Source: Amphiscolops sp. MND2022 (taxonomy: Eukaryota). From it: a stretch of 64,000 nucleotides of DNA. A program made the translations under genes and the position numbers. The stretch is from NCBI GenBank assembly GCA_964187785.1, contig OZ076409.1, positions 12,464,001-12,528,000 on the forward strand. Direction: 5' to 3'. Each line of letters opens with the position of its first letter. Position 1 is the stretch's first letter. The notes beneath the pieces were generated by a model that ran no database searches, was not told the origin of the DNA, and saw only the letters and a list, made by a program, of their open reading frames with translations. Of this stretch, positions 27,461-41,800 are shown in pieces.

Positions 27461-28063
27461 AATCAAATTGATACCACCCCTTCAGAACTTCGATAGTTTT
27501 GGGACATAAAAAAGTTGCAACTAACTGTATTTCCTCGAATACAAGCCGCAACTGATAAGGTTTTTTCTCGAATGAATTCGTGGCTTCAATTAGTGAGTGG
27601 GTTCTATTCGAGGGGGGTCTTGTATTTGACAAAATAGTTTTGAAAAGTGATCGTTGTGGAGCCATTTTGAGATACACTGGGGTGCCAAGAAGCTAAAGGC
27701 ACTCGATTTCGCTGACAAAAAATTCAAACAAAATTTATGAGTTATAACGATTAGCCCATTTTTGACTTTTGGCATTTTCTGAAATTTATCATGCAATATC
27801 TCGGAAACTCTTCGTAACAATTAATGTCTGGACAAACTTTGCACCTTTGTTTCAGATCTCCAACTTTTGAATTTAGGTTTTTTCTGAAAAGTTCCTCGTT
27901 CGGAACTCACACTGAAAAATGATCCCAAAATGCAACTATTTTTGGCGATTCAAGTTTCAAGAAAGCATTTTCAGAATTATTTAGATACAAATAAAAATAA
28001 AGAACGTTGACAAGGTTACAAAAATGAGCAAGGGAAGCTTTTTTCTGACTAGTAGTTTGTGAG

Positions 28064-28468
28064 GGTGTCCGGACATTACGCCCAAGGACATTACGCCCAA
28101 AGCGGACATTACGCCCAAAGCGGACATTACGCCCAAACGTAAATTACGCACAAGTAAATTACGATAATGTAATCAGCTATACCACACATACCCCTAGTGC
28201 CCTAAATGCAGGAGCGAAGCGAAGCGGAGCGACGTGCCATATGGCCGTGCCTCAATGTTGCTACTTGGCGAAGGGAGCGAAGCGACCGAGCCATACAACA
28301 AATATTTAAGCCTCTTCAAATAACAACCTGAAAAAATCGCTGCTATTCGCTTTGAATAGCTTAATTTCCTTGGGCGTAATTTCCGTTTGGGCGTAATTTC
28401 CTTGGGCGTAATGTCCTTGGGCGTAATGTCCTTGGGCGTAATGTCTTTGGGCGTATTGTCCTAGAACC
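28064..28468. mobile_element. Foldback-type MITE with GGACATTACGCCCAA arms and conserved core A
   Basis: GG...CC ends, 9-bp TSD GTTTGTGAG (28055-28063, 28469-28477), inverted tandem arrays. Confidence 0.85.
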
Positions 28469-29956
28469 GTTTGTGAGATATGTGGTGATCAAGTTCAGAA
28501 ATCCCAAAATACACGAAAAGTACCATTTGATATAACTTTTGAAAGTTTGTTCTATTTTGAAACAAAATTATCGTTGTGGTTTCGGTCAAAACTTTTGCTA
28601 CTGAGACTTTTTGTAAAATGAATGAAATAAAAGATATTGCGCTTTAAGATTTTATTTTCGTTAGCCCAAGTTTTAGCTTTCTGGTACCCTAGTGCAAGGT
28701 AAGAATTGTACTGAAGGATATGAATGCTGTTGCGCCGAGAATTTCGACACCGAAAATTAGCGAATTAGCCGCCACGCAAAATCTCATTTTTTAAGCGATT
28801 TTATTAGCGAATCAAATTCTGTCAAGTATACATCAAGCTTCAAAATGAATTTCGAAAATTTCCAACTCTTACCCATGTAGAACCTGCACAGTTTGAAAAA
28901 TCTGACTTATCTTTCAGAATCTGATTCAAGTTATCATATGATTATCAAACATACTTCAAGTCAAACAATAGTTCGAAAAAAAGTTTTTCAGCTGGAAGAA
29001 AGGTTTTTCAGCCGTATAGCAATTTTGGCATTAGCGGTTTAGCGATTAGCGAAAAACATTGGCGATGTCAAAACCCTGATTATGTCAAATGTCAATTGAG
29101 GAAACTAATGACGTGACCTCCCTTTTGCCTTGACTTGGAAAAAAATTTCAGTTCTGTTGGAAACGTAATTTCAAAAAATACGTGCATTCGATTACAAGCT
29201 GCGTCTTTTGCCCGTGTGGCTTTTTTTGAAGAAAAACGGTGTCCTTCTAATGGATTGCGCATGAAAAGATCGGTCTGAAGATGTTGAATTATTATTCAAT
29301 AGAAACCACACAATTTTTCTGAAGCAGACAAAATTTGTAAAGCATAAACAGCATGCATTTGTTGTCATATTTCATACTAACTATAAATAGTTATATTCGC
29401 ATAATGAAAGAAGAGCACCCCTCGGAAGATTATCCTCATTATGCACATGAAGTACATGAATATCCTAGCAGCCTCGCCAAACTGTTTCACCAAACAAAAC
29501 AAAAAACAAGAATTATAATTCCACGTAAAAGAGAAAACATTTCTGCAATGGCATATCGACATTACAGTCGATAACCGAAATTAGAATGAACATACCGTCG
29601 ACTTTTAATTGGTGTTACATTTTAAAACCTCAATGATCAACATTTTAATACTTTTCCGCTGTTTTATGCATAAAATATCATTCACCTCATTTTACATAGT
29701 CACCACACTAACTTTTTAGGCGTTAAAAATTTTCTTTTTACGTATAAAGAGTAATAATACAGTGTTTTCTTTTTTCAAGGAAAAAATTGAATGCCATGAG
29801 TCAATACAGAATAACTAAATTCAAAGCAACTGTACTTTCTGGCTTATGTCTGCAGTATGTCTGCACTTTCTGGCTTAAAACGCCGATGCTGGAAAAGGTA
29901 TGTTCAAAGAACCTTTAATATTATTACATTTTTAATACATTGAATGCTTGAACTCT

Positions 29957-30673
29957 TCAGTTCGAATACGGAAGATTACTTTGTGTATGGTTAGAATTAT
30001 ATGAAAAATTATTGTATAGAGGAGGAGCATTAGAGCCATATCCGTTCTCTGTCCAAGATGCACCGTTGTAAGATGTGTTCCCCCCATTTAGACTACTCGG
30101 AGCAATATTGTTAATGTGTGGATGGCCCATGGAACCGTTAGTAGTACCCTTGAACTCCTCTGCAGGTTGCACCGTCCCGAAAGGAGGATACAAATGCCCA
30201 TTCTGAGTTGCAGACATGGTATGATAACCGTTTTGTTGTTGCAAGGTACCTGGATGTAAAAGAGACGACAGAGACGGCGGCGGAATTTCTGTTGGCGGCG
30301 GTATATGAACTGGTTGTTGATGTGTCACCCTATGATCCTGATTCGTCTGGTTGTCTAGACCCATAGACAGGTTGTTAGAATAATAGTTAGAAGCTGATGA
30401 CATATGAGAGGTTTGAGGAGACGTTTGCACTTTTGTGGGGTCCAAGAAAGGTAGTACACTTGATGATGACATTGGGTTTGATGTTGCTTGACTAGAATTG
30501 TTGCTTCTTGAATTAGTCGTGGTTTTAGACGCTGCTTTCCTCCGGAACGGGTTATCTGAGCTGTGCGAGTTAGTACACTGCATGGAATATAAATCAGGGG
30601 GGTCATTCCAGCCTTTCATTCCGCCGCCCGGCTGCATAGAACTGTTAGCAGATGCTCCCCCCACGTAGGACAT
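29957..30673 (-). CDS. 238-aa S/N/P-rich protein with SRA1/Sec31-like N-terminal GWNDPP motif
   Basis: Open frame with MQPGGGMKGWNDPP (SRA1 N-terminus has KPG...GWNDPP), followed by low-complexity sequence. Acceptor-like ttcag 7 nt upstream of the ATG. Confidence 0.6.
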   Translation of the reverse strand: MSYVGGASANSSMQPGGGMKGWNDPPDLYSMQCTNSHSSDNPFRRKAASKTTTNSRSNNSSQATSNPMSSSSVLPFLDPTKVQTSPQTSHMSSASNYYSNNLSMGLDNQTNQDHRVTHQQPVHIPPPTEIPPPSLSSLLHPGTLQQQNGYHTMSATQNGHLYPPFGTVQPAEEFKGTTNGSMGHPHINNIAPSSLNGGNTSYNGASWTENGYGSNAPPLYNNFSYNSNHTQSNLPYSN

Positions 30674-31639
30674 CTATCAACTGAAATTCACAATTGCAAT
30701 GTTGAACAATCTTATCAATCTGGTGTTTCAATACCCAATTTATTCTTCTCACAAACAGAACATTTTTTTCAGCAGAAACACCGGATGCCGACGAAATGTG
30801 AAAGAATGGAGCTTCTATAAAACTAAAAGCCAAAAGCTCGTGGAACGGCCAATTTAGTCATGATCATTTTCATTAAAAAATTAAATGAATGATTTAATTC
30901 AACATATAATCCATAGTTTTGGTAATTTAATAGAATACAAATTAATTCAAGGAAGTGGGCAATCTCAACTTACACTCGTAACTTAGTATTTCATTTTAAT
31001 TTTCTTCAGATGAAAAACATTTTCACAAAGTACTCTGGTGTTGCACGAAGCTTTTGTTTGCGTTTCCGCAGCTCACTTTTGATAAGGATTTTTTAAACGT
31101 ATCTGCTATATAGAACTGCTATATATACTTTTTCAACTAATAGAAAATACTGATATGTAAAGGATTTCATGATTGTAGAACTGATTAAATGATTTAATCA
31201 CTTTTCTCGGCATCATTTTTACGAAACAAATGATTTTCATAAATAGAAATGATCACCGAGTCAAGTCAATTGTTGAAGTTTGACGTTAGGAGACAGTACA
31301 GCTGCTATGAAAAAACAATGTGTGCCCGCAACTTACGATTAAGACGCAAGACGCTCATATGCGAGCATAATATTTGCTTCAACCAGAATTATCGATAAGG
31401 AAGGACGATTGCATGACATATTGTGATCCCCCATGACAATAAGCAAAGTATGTTAGCTACAAATACTTTATACAAAAATGAAAAATACAAACACAAGACT
31501 CACAGAAAATGCTATGGAAAGCTTTATGAAAATTATTTTCAATTTGGACCTAAAGGGACTGTAGAACTCATTATGAAAACAAGTAAAATTCAAAATCCCA
31601 TTTATGGAAGCTGTTTTCCAGCAACAACGCTTCAATGTA

Positions 31640-31993
31640 CAATGTAGGACGCTGAAATGTTGCAAAAAGACGTTCGAAATTCCCGAACCAAGATGAAAGA
31701 TAAAATTTTCTGAATAGACATTCAATTTCCCAAATCGACATTCAATTTTAGTAATCCCTCAGCATACCGCTGGTAATTAGGATTGAAAGTTTGCGCCGCT
31801 ATGCGAAGCAGCATTTTCATTCTTTTTACCTCTCCAGTAGCGTATGCTATTTTTGAATGTCTATTTTGTTAATTTTGAATTTTTGAATGTCTAATTTTTG
31901 GAATTAGCCGATTGGAATCAAGATTGATAAAACAGACTGATGTTGGAAAACAAATTTGAATGTCGTTTCGCAAATTTTCAACGTCCTACACTG
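31640..31993. mobile_element. Tc1/mariner-type MITE (partial relative at about 2211-2400)
   Basis: TIR CA(A/G)TGTAGGACG(C/T)TGAAA flanked by TA. Confidence 0.7.
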
Positions 31994-33315
31994 TAATTGC
32001 GACCTATGGAGGCTCAATTCCATTTTCTGTAGGCGTAAGACCCAATACTAGTCTCAAAGTGTCCAAACGTATCTTTTAGAACATCCATATCCATATACAG
32101 TTCTGTGATAAAAGAATGGAACCCCTAATCGATATTGTTTGTAACACCCATAACACTTTTCTGCTCATAGCTCTAAAAATTGATTATCAAGCGAAATGTC
32201 TGGATAAAACTTTCCTGAAAGTCAATCTAGTTTACATTCCGCATATTTGAAACTATGGGAAATATTCTGTAAGTTAGCTTTTGAGAGATCTCTAGTATTA
32301 GGATTAATATTTGGTTTGCTATCTTAGTTTTTGATGTTTGCGTAATTTAGAAACAATTTTGATTACGTTTTTATTCATCTTCCGATTCATCGCTGTTAAC
32401 AAATTGCAGTCAAACTTTGAGGGACTTAGTGTTTACACGTCAGAAAAGAATCTAAAATCTCCACCGAAATAATTCCGGTACATGTAGTAAGTTTGGCTAT
32501 AGATTTAAAACCCCAAATTTGTGACTTTTTCCACATGTAGACATTAGGGAGCTCGAGTGTAATCAGTCAACAATAGGCATCTTGAACAATATTGAAAAGT
32601 ATTTAAAATAAAGACTAGATTTTGCTCTCAATTTAGACTGAGACTGAATTTCCAATATTTTACACGTAAAATTCACATCCAAAATTAGATTTGTACCAGT
32701 CAAAATCCGAGAAACTTCCCATCACATTTTGGAGAAATTGGCAGTTTTTGAGAACATCACAAAATCATTGGGAGTTCCAAACTTCCTTACCAATCAGAAG
32801 TTCCATTCCTTTTGTCACAGGACTGTACGGTACAACTGTATGACACTATTAGGCAAGAAATTCATAAACTAGTACTAAAACGGAAACAAAGCAACAAAAA
32901 GATTTTCCAAAAAAAAACGAAAATCCTCAGATAGCCGTCAAATTCGAAAATCGCAAAAACCATGCAATTTCTTAAGGTTTGGGAAACCAGTTCTAACTTC
33001 TTCATTCAGATAAAGTAAACTTTCCAACACTTGTTTTTGGTCATTCAAAAAAAACTAACAGGCAACAAAAACTTTTATTCACCATATACCAAAAAATTCA
33101 AGCGATTTTCACTTCACATTTTTCAGGGTAATGGAACAGCTTCATTTTACAACATCTTTGAAAGTTTCTATTTTCAATGGACCGCAATGGTGAATTCGTT
33201 TCTATCCGTGAAAAAAGTTTGAACACTTTTACCAAGAAGCACCGCCCGACACAAAAATCAGGAGTCCGCCATTCGTCTTACCTATCATTCAATCTTCAAA
33301 TTGAAGCCCGATCAC

Positions 33316-33749
33316 GGACCATGCGTTCAATCCCCCCCCCCAACACGAAAGCACATTTTGTTCTTGAATAAAAATATTTCACTAATAAGAGGATATAAGA
33401 CGAATGTAAATAATAAATAAAAGGGAATTGCCTCTAAACCTGTTTTGAAACTTCAGGCAAAAAAATTACCCTAATTTTTTGATATTATTGTCCAAAGTAG
33501 CAGAAAATCACGCTTAGAGCAAGCTAAAATTGTATATATTGGCCCCTATTTCAACGCGAATTTTCTCTGATAATATCTAATGAGCAACATTCAACTGGCA
33601 GTCAATGTAAAAAATTGGATTATGTCGACATCAATTATTTTATTTGACCAAATTTCAACGCAAACGATGTCGACATAATGGTATTTGAACCTTGCGTCTT
33701 AATTCCCCCCTGCGGTCGCTCGGGGGAGTGGGGATTGAACACATGGTCC
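33316..33749. mobile_element. MITE with GGACCATG TIRs and 8-bp TSD (Merlin/MULE-like)
   Basis: TIR GGACCATG(C/T)GTTCAATCCC, TSD CCGATCAC on both sides. Confidence 0.85.
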
Positions 33750-35848
33750 CCGATCACTTCCTCAGAGTAACCCAGTGTAAGCGAAGAGAGTTTGATAAAA
33801 AGAGTTGAATTGAAAATTGTCTGAGACTCTAGAGGACTTGGACGAATAAAAAATGTATAAATGAAATTGGACAAAACAACAGAATTAACCTGAAAACAAC
33901 CAGCATATTCCACTGGGCTTTATTGGGGGGCCTGACTGTGACGTGGACAACCACACGTGGAGTGCTGCTGCCCAGGAGACAGACAGCCAGGCGAATGAAT
34001 TGCATCTAAGTAATCTAAGAGTGAAACTAGTTTTAGCACGTCACAATTAACTAATTACTCTCGTAAGAAAAACTCTTTCTGCATTGCATCAAACGTAGTA
34101 AAGCGTACATTCTATCAAAGTTCAACACACGTTTTCACTTTTGATTGGACCATTGTCGTTTGATCGAAATTCATGAATGCAGTCAAGGCTTTTATCTTTT
34201 TGGACAAAAGTAACGTCAATTTGAGAAAAAACATCTCCGGTACTGCTGATACGTTGTACTAAATATTTATTAAAAATGTTTTCCGGAAGCCTAATTCGTT
34301 GAGCTATTAAAACATGCTCGTGTTGAATAGAAGAAATAGCTCATGGAATCACGGGCTGAACAATTTGGCTTCATACTTGTTCGCTTCGAGAATTCATCGC
34401 CGAAGACATTGACTTTGATTTAAATGATGATGCAAACCAGAAAGGAGTTACTTTTCCCTTCTACACCGTCGTATTACTCATCGTAAGAGTAGCTATTAAT
34501 TAAAATTAAAGAGACTCTGCACCAAATTAAAATCCTACATTAAGAATGAAGACTTCCAGGGGTTTGAAGGTTCAAATAGAAAAGTTAGGGAACCACAGAT
34601 ACCCTTGACAATTCCAACACACGTTTTCGGAAGAGATGACATATCTACTCTATTGTAGTATCCAAAAAACTTTCACTCGACCGCAAATTATCTGAGTTAT
34701 TTTGAAACTGCAGGACTTATTTTCAGCCCACTTTGGTTGTAAAACGTGTCAGAAACTGCAAAGGTATCAGTTGGTCAAAAATGGCAACTAAAATTAGAGT
34801 AAGTTGGTCATCGGAAAAATATTAACCGAATAAATCAAGTAAATCAAGCGTTACTTGGTGAAATATTAACTAAAAGAGTTGATAAGTACAGACGAGGTTG
34901 AGACACAAAACGATTCTATTCATCAATCCCTCCTCATTTCAGAGGTTTCAGGTACATGTATATGAATCATGAATGATGCTCTCTGAATCATGAATGATGC
35001 TCTCCTCCGTGACGTCATGGCAGATCATGACAGGTTGCATGAAAGTTATAAATGTACACTACATGTAAAATTTATGGAAAGAGAAAACATCAAATTGTCT
35101 GGACTTGAAGAACCCGAACTTTCCCAATAAAATGATAACTGAGGCCCGCCCCCCAAAATCAATGGAATCCTTTGAGTCCAGAAAACACTCTCCACTTTTA
35201 TCAGATGGGCTAAGAATACCGAATGAATTGATGTGAATGGGAAAGCTTATGGAGCTCTGCTGAGTCACTTGACAACAATTGAGGTAACTAGACAATTAAA
35301 GGCAAATAGGTTCATACTTCAAGTATAGTATATATATGATAAAATAACAAAATTAACTAGAGGTAATTCACACTGCTCAATTAATGAGGTCTTCAACGTG
35401 GCAGAATGCTCGAGGAGCTAACATGTTAGCCCAGGAGGGACTCAAACCAGTTTGGACATCTTAGAACTTTTCTAATGTTAGCACGATTTGGTATGTCTCG
35501 CTACACGAGATGAAGAGCGATTGCGAGTGTTTGCAACTGTGTTTGTGGTTGCTTGATAGAAAATCATCAAATTCAAATCATCATCACTCAGTAAGTAAGC
35601 TAAAATTATTATCTACTACAGAATAAAATTTCAACAAATAATAAAACACTGACTGAAAGCACAGTGTGAAATTAACCGGCATCAGTATTTGCCAGACAAA
35701 AATATAATTACTCATTAAAAAGAAAATGGACGAAACGCAGCAAACTGAACTGTTGGGTAGCTAAAACTAATGGGTAGTGCATTTCATTGGCTGATAACAT
35801 AATCGAACGTGATTGGTTGGTTGTTGTCGGGGGGTTTGGTTGCACTGT

Positions 35849-38800
35849 TTATTCTGAAAGGAGTGACGAAGGCGTGGGTGAAATGTGATCAGAGTTGGCA
35901 TTTAGGGCGTGGTCAGCCACGGATCTGCAGAGCGATTCGAGGCTTGATATGGAGTCAACACTGGTGGCACTTGCAGCGTCATAAGCCGGCGAACCCAAAC
36001 TGGGGCTCAACCTTCGTCTATGATGATGATTGTGGACAGCAGCAGTAGGCATCACCCCAGACACCAAACCACCCAGGCCACTAGTCCCCCCAGCGGGTCC
36101 AACATTGCCGGGGCACCCCATGTCATTATAGTCCACAGCTGTCAACCCTGCAGTTGAGGTCGTCAGCTTTTTATGAGCTGTTACTCTGCCCGGAACAGCA
36201 GCACCGCTGCCGCCGTTTTCGCTAATCACTACTCCATCTTCATTTCTAATATTGCATGCTATTGGGTTATTATTATTATTGGCAAAAGAATTGTAATAAT
36301 TGGAGGAAGAGGCATTATTATTATTAGCAATACCCGTCGCTCGGTGGTTGAAAAACTGCGCAGCAGCAGCAGCCGCCGCCGCCGCTGAAGAAGCAGATGC
36401 TCCAACTACAGATGACAGATTAGAAGAATTGTGAAGCCCGGAAGGGCCATTTGTGGAGAAGACAGACAGCATCGCGTGGGGCGCGCCACCTGGGCTACCC
36501 GCTGACTGAGTTCTGAGAAGAGGCTTGTGATTGGATGATGGCACTTTCGGCAAGTGTGCAACTGTAGTACCCACAACGGGGTTCACCATCTGATGTGCTA
36601 CAGCGGAGGAGGCACCGTTTGCAGCCGCAGAAGCAGAAGACCCCAAATGGTGACCCACAGAGGGTAAGGCATGCAGGTTGCTGTGTTGCAAAGTGTTGTT
36701 GAAGCAATTCGAAGGAGAAGAGACATTCATTGGGTTCCCTGAATGGTCGTTATTGCCTGTATTTGACCTGTGGTGTCCATTAGCAGTGTGAGCTGACTGA
36801 TACTGCCCCCCCGTTTGATGATTAGCATTCCCACCTTGTGCAGGCATATGATTCGGAGTGCAAGGGTAGGAAAATAAACTGCTTTGTTGCTCACCGAAAT
36901 ACTGAAAAAAAAACAACCTATCAGTTCGTCGAAGAAAAAAGAAAAATCCAGTCTTACCAAATTTCGCGAATTAATGCCACGACGAATTGGTTGAACTTGG
37001 TTTAATGCACAATCCATATTAATATCGCGTTTTTCTAACGGGAAATAAAACGAGAGATGCTTGTGCGGTAAAAGAGTCGGATTAGAATTTTTCTTTCTGA
37101 CTCGCTCGAAACCCAGTCATACGATTTCGACGAAATTGCACATATAGCGCAGAAAGACAGTAGAAAGTTTTGTTCGAATCGTATGGAGTTTTGAATCTAA
37201 AAATGTCCAAAAATGAGTTTTTGGCCATTTTTGGGCAAATTCTGGCTATGTTTCTCAGATCCCAGTCATACGTTTTTGATGTCATTGCGCACGCAGGAGA
37301 CTGGGTGTAGAATGACTGTGTGAAATTTTATAAAATCGTATGGACAGTTTATGAGAAATTTGAACCTTATTGAAAGGTCGCGAGAAAAAAAGTACGATGG
37401 CATAAGTAGTCGAAAATTTTTTCCGACTCCTAAAAAGGAGTTGCGCTACATTAAAGATGGAAGAAAAACTCACAGATGAACCGAAAGCTTTGTTGGTTGT
37501 GTTGGCGAAAGAGGCTCCAGCTAAACTACCATTTGCACCATATACAGAACCGTGTCCCTGTTGGTAGCCCTGATGGTACCTCGGATTCCCAGCATACGGC
37601 CCGCCACCAATGGAATTGCTTCGTCCTTGGGGAGTGAACGGTCTCGAGTTTGCGTTACTTGAAATGTTAGATCGTCCTGACCCAACAGTAGCATTGCTTG
37701 GACCGTTTGATCCCATTGGTTGAGGAGCATTGGAGCCCACTGCAAACGTTCCTACTCCAAACTTCTGGTTGTTATTGGCATAGAAAGGCGACGAGCGACC
37801 AGTGTTCGGGAAACTAGGTCTCCTGTTGCTAGAGTTATTTGCATTGTTTCCACCCAAAGTTCTACGAAAAAAATTCCATTTAGAATCATGTATGTTTAAC
37901 ACTTGAAGTTAAGGATTGGTCGGAAATTTACCTCAGATTTGAAGACCGCGACAATCTCTGGCACTGAGTCCTCCATTGAGATATCCTCTGCCTTTGCTCA
38001 AGCGTGAAGGCCTAAAAAGTTAACCGTTTCAAACATAAGGCATATTCAAAACATCCAACAAAATTGACTCGCTCAAGAAAAAACTAAGAGATGCAAGCCC
38101 GGTGGCGAACGTAGATTACGTGATTCAGTCAAAAAGTGGAATTGTTCCGCTCAACTGTTCTCGTTCAATGAGAAGTCAGATAAACACACGTCAGCCACTG
38201 AAATGGACCCCAGCACCGAACTAACTCTAACTCCATGTAACAACTACATGTAATCTACTGAAAATTACTGTCGATTAGAAAAAAGTTCCGAGGATCGTGA
38301 CGTAGTGGTTAGAGCATTCGACTTGAATGGAGACAGCACAAGGTTCGAATCTCTCAACTCGCTGCTGGGACTATCCCAAAATTAGTGGTATGGCGATGAA
38401 AAAATAAACACATTTGGTAGGCAAAACAAAAATAGCATCGGTGAGCAGCCAGACCTCTGTGACGTTAATCAAGTCACCTTGAAACCACAGCTTCAAGACG
38501 ACAATTGCTTGGTTGTCCATATATGTATGCTACTATATACTTGGTATAGAATCGGAAAAAGTGCCGACTAAGAAACGTAAAGCTGATCATTTGACTTCCA
38601 TACCAGTGAGAATGAGAATTTTCTAGACCGTTCCTTTGAAGTAGAGCCTAGACGCCTGATACTATTTTCGCTTAACTAATTAATTGTTGAAACCAACAGG
38701 TTAAACTATAATACATCCCAAATACTTGAGAAAAACTATTTTTAAAGAGGGCGAGTTGCAATAAATTGTATAATTACAACTCAAACTATTTTTCATCAAA

Positions 38801-41800
38801 AACAAAAATGTTCCGTGACTTTTAATTTTGAACTTCTGAGAATTTTTTTTTTGGAATTTCGCAGGCGAACAGTGCTAATACTAGCTTCTGAGTCGAATGT
38901 AGAACCGTGGAAACTTCAATTTTTTACTGGTGGCGGCATCCACTGCAGTCGGCGGGGTTCAAAAATCCGACTTTCCGCAGCTTTTACGGTCAACCGATTG
39001 AACATTTTTAACTGATTAACTTTATTAACCGGTTAGCTGATCCACGCTCTAGCTTGAAGTACTTAGCGTTTTTTAGCCTTGAGCGGGGCCTACTTATTTT
39101 AGCCTATTCATACCGTTCCCGGCTTGTTTTTTAGTCGGCGCATTTTAGTAGAAAATGTGCCCGACTCTTACAGTTGGTAGTTTTTTTTTAGACGCGTAAG
39201 GTCCACTTTTTTGTTCAACAACGTCAAACCTCAACAACTTCAAACCTCAACAACTCCAACCTCAGAAGCGCGTCCAAAACGAAAAGAAAAAAAAACAGAC
39301 GTCCAGAACCTCGAAAACACACTAAGAATCCCCACATAGCCCCACTTTTTTTCGGCAGTATGAGACTTTTTGAAACTTTTTGGATTGCACCAATGGGTCA
39401 CCCCTTCATTTGTTTCGATATTTTGCAACACAATGGATGTCGAAAAATCGCAAAGGGTCCCCCTTTTACATTTTTCGGAACTGTGACACTGTTCAAAAAT
39501 CTCATTTTAAAAAAAATTTTGGGAAATTTTTTCATGCCCCCAAAGGGTCCCCCCTTCATTTTTTTTTCATTTTTTGCAGCCAGCTGGAGTTTCACAAAGC
39601 CCGAAGGGTCCCCCTTTTCAATTTTGAGCCTTAGATATGGCGCCGACTTTGGCCGTTCTCGGCTTGTTATATAGTTCAAGTCTGTTTTAAGACATTTTTA
39701 TGAGGAAACATGGAAATTTTGATTCGATGCTCCGTCTGATAATGTTTGAAGCCTTTTGAAATCCCTACAATTAGTGTTTTCAAGCACTCAAATGGAAATT
39801 TTAGCTGTTGTCGAATCACAATTACCAACTGGAGCATTGCTCATACATAATGCATGCTTAAAAGGCTCTATTTTGATTATGATCTGGTGAATCAAAATTC
39901 ATATTTTCGTTACATCAAACACATTTTTAGTCGGCGCCTTTTCCCTTAAGGAAAAAAGCCCGACTCTTACAGTGAGTAGTTTTTTTTTTCAGTTGACAAT
40001 CTCACTCTGAGTGGTCCACTTTTCTTACAATCTTTGTTCACATTTGTTCACATTTGTTCAACTAATTTTCTGAGAAGCCGGAGATCGTGGGTTCGATTCT
40101 CGCACTAAACCACATTTTTTATGCTTCCAAAAGTAGATGCGAGACCAAAGAAGGTTTTCTTTCGTTTGATTCTTTCCGTTTTTTCGGCACTATGCGACTT
40201 TTTTTCGAAAATTTTCGGATTCTGTCAAAAGGTAACCCCTTGCATTTTTTTGAAGTTTTCGGTTTGTAAAAACGTTTAATGAGCCTGAATGGCCTCTTTT
40301 TGAGTTTTTCGGCATTGTGCGACTTTCTAAAAAAAATCTTTTTCGAAAAAAAAATTCAAAAAATTTTTTTGAAAAAAATTTCTCCAAATGTTTCCAATAG
40401 TTGTTCTTTGAATATTTTTGAGCCTTAGATATGGCGCCGACTTGAGACGATCCCGTCTTGTTCCATATGGCATAAATTAACTAAACTTGAAAGCTAATTT
40501 GACAATTTGCAATTACAATTGATTGTTGTTTAGTAGCATTCACTCAAAGGAGCCTAAAGGCTGACGCAACTTTCTGACCGCTCTAAGGATCAAGTGCAGA
40601 GTTTTTCCGATTTAGCGAAGAAGCGGCCGCGCAGAATTTTTCCAGCCATTTTATTAGCGATTCGGGACCATGTCATCTATCCCCCCCCCCCCAAACTGCG
40701 GAGGGGGGAAATAAGACAGAAGGTTCAAATCCTATTATGTCGACATCGCTTGCGTTGAAATTTTGGTCCAATAAAATAATTGATGTTGACACAATCCTAT
40801 CAATTACATTGACTGTCAGTTAAAAGTTGCTCATTAGATTTTACAGCGGACAAAACTTGCGCTAAATAGGGGCCTTTTTATACGATTTTAGCTAGTTCCA
40901 AACGTGAATTTCGGCTATTTTGGACAATAATATCAAAAAAATTATGATACTTTCTTGCCTGAAGTGTCCAAACAGTTGTAGAGACAATCCTATAAGTATT
41001 GAAATTCATAAAATAGGCCCCTCCGGGGCTCAGTACTATTTCTGTTTTAATCTTTATTTTTTTAAACAAAAAATCATTAATAAAAGAATCATATCTGGAA
41101 TACCAATACACTCCTGTTTAATCATTACTTAGAGCACAATTAATCACTGTACAAGTTTACACCGCCTTTAATTCTTCTCGGACTAAAGAAAATATAACTA
41201 CTAAGCGTAGACGAAGTTTCGCATTCGCATTTGAATGCAGGCGAAGCTCTCAACGAACGAATAATTAACACTCATTCGCTTCATCTCAATAACTCGGGGC
41301 AACGAAAGCACAATTACGAACATTCGCTCGCTTCATCTCAATGACGTCAGCATACGAATGGATAATTACCACTCGCTCGTTCCATCGCACTAGAATTGAA
41401 TTGTCTTCGGCAACTTTTGCTTACACTCACTGCCGAACAAAATATCTGAATTATTCAGATCGTCCGAAAAATTGTTATGAAAAAAAAGTAAACGTTTCCA
41501 GATTTCAATAATATTCCTGCTAAAGCAGAAATATTAATAATATTCTCTTATTAGCGAAATATTTTTATTCAAGAACAAAATGTGCTTTCGTGTTGGGGGC
41601 GGGGGAGATTCCGAACAAGGTGTATCTGGGGGGAAATAGATGACATGGTCCGCGATTCGAATTAGCGGCAATTAATAGATTGTCCAAATTCAAAACTTCC
41701 TCGGAAAATGCAGAAGTATTAATATGACTTTAGAAAAATACCAACTCTTTATCTGTAAAACCTATACAGTATTTTAAAAAATCCCGTTTTTTTTCTTGCA

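Noticed and set aside
28070..28140. Short direct repeats resembling a CRISPR array
   Set aside because: No unique spacers, they are mirrored by an inverted array, and the context is eukaryotic; these are MITE arms.
33910..34010. GC-rich patch with GGGGGCC...GGCGAATG reminiscent of an HDV-like ribozyme
   Set aside because: I could not build the P1/P2/P3 nested pseudoknot on either strand.
34963..35004. 21-bp perfect tandem duplication downstream of Smaug
   Set aside because: Ordinary slippage-type duplication with no further structure.
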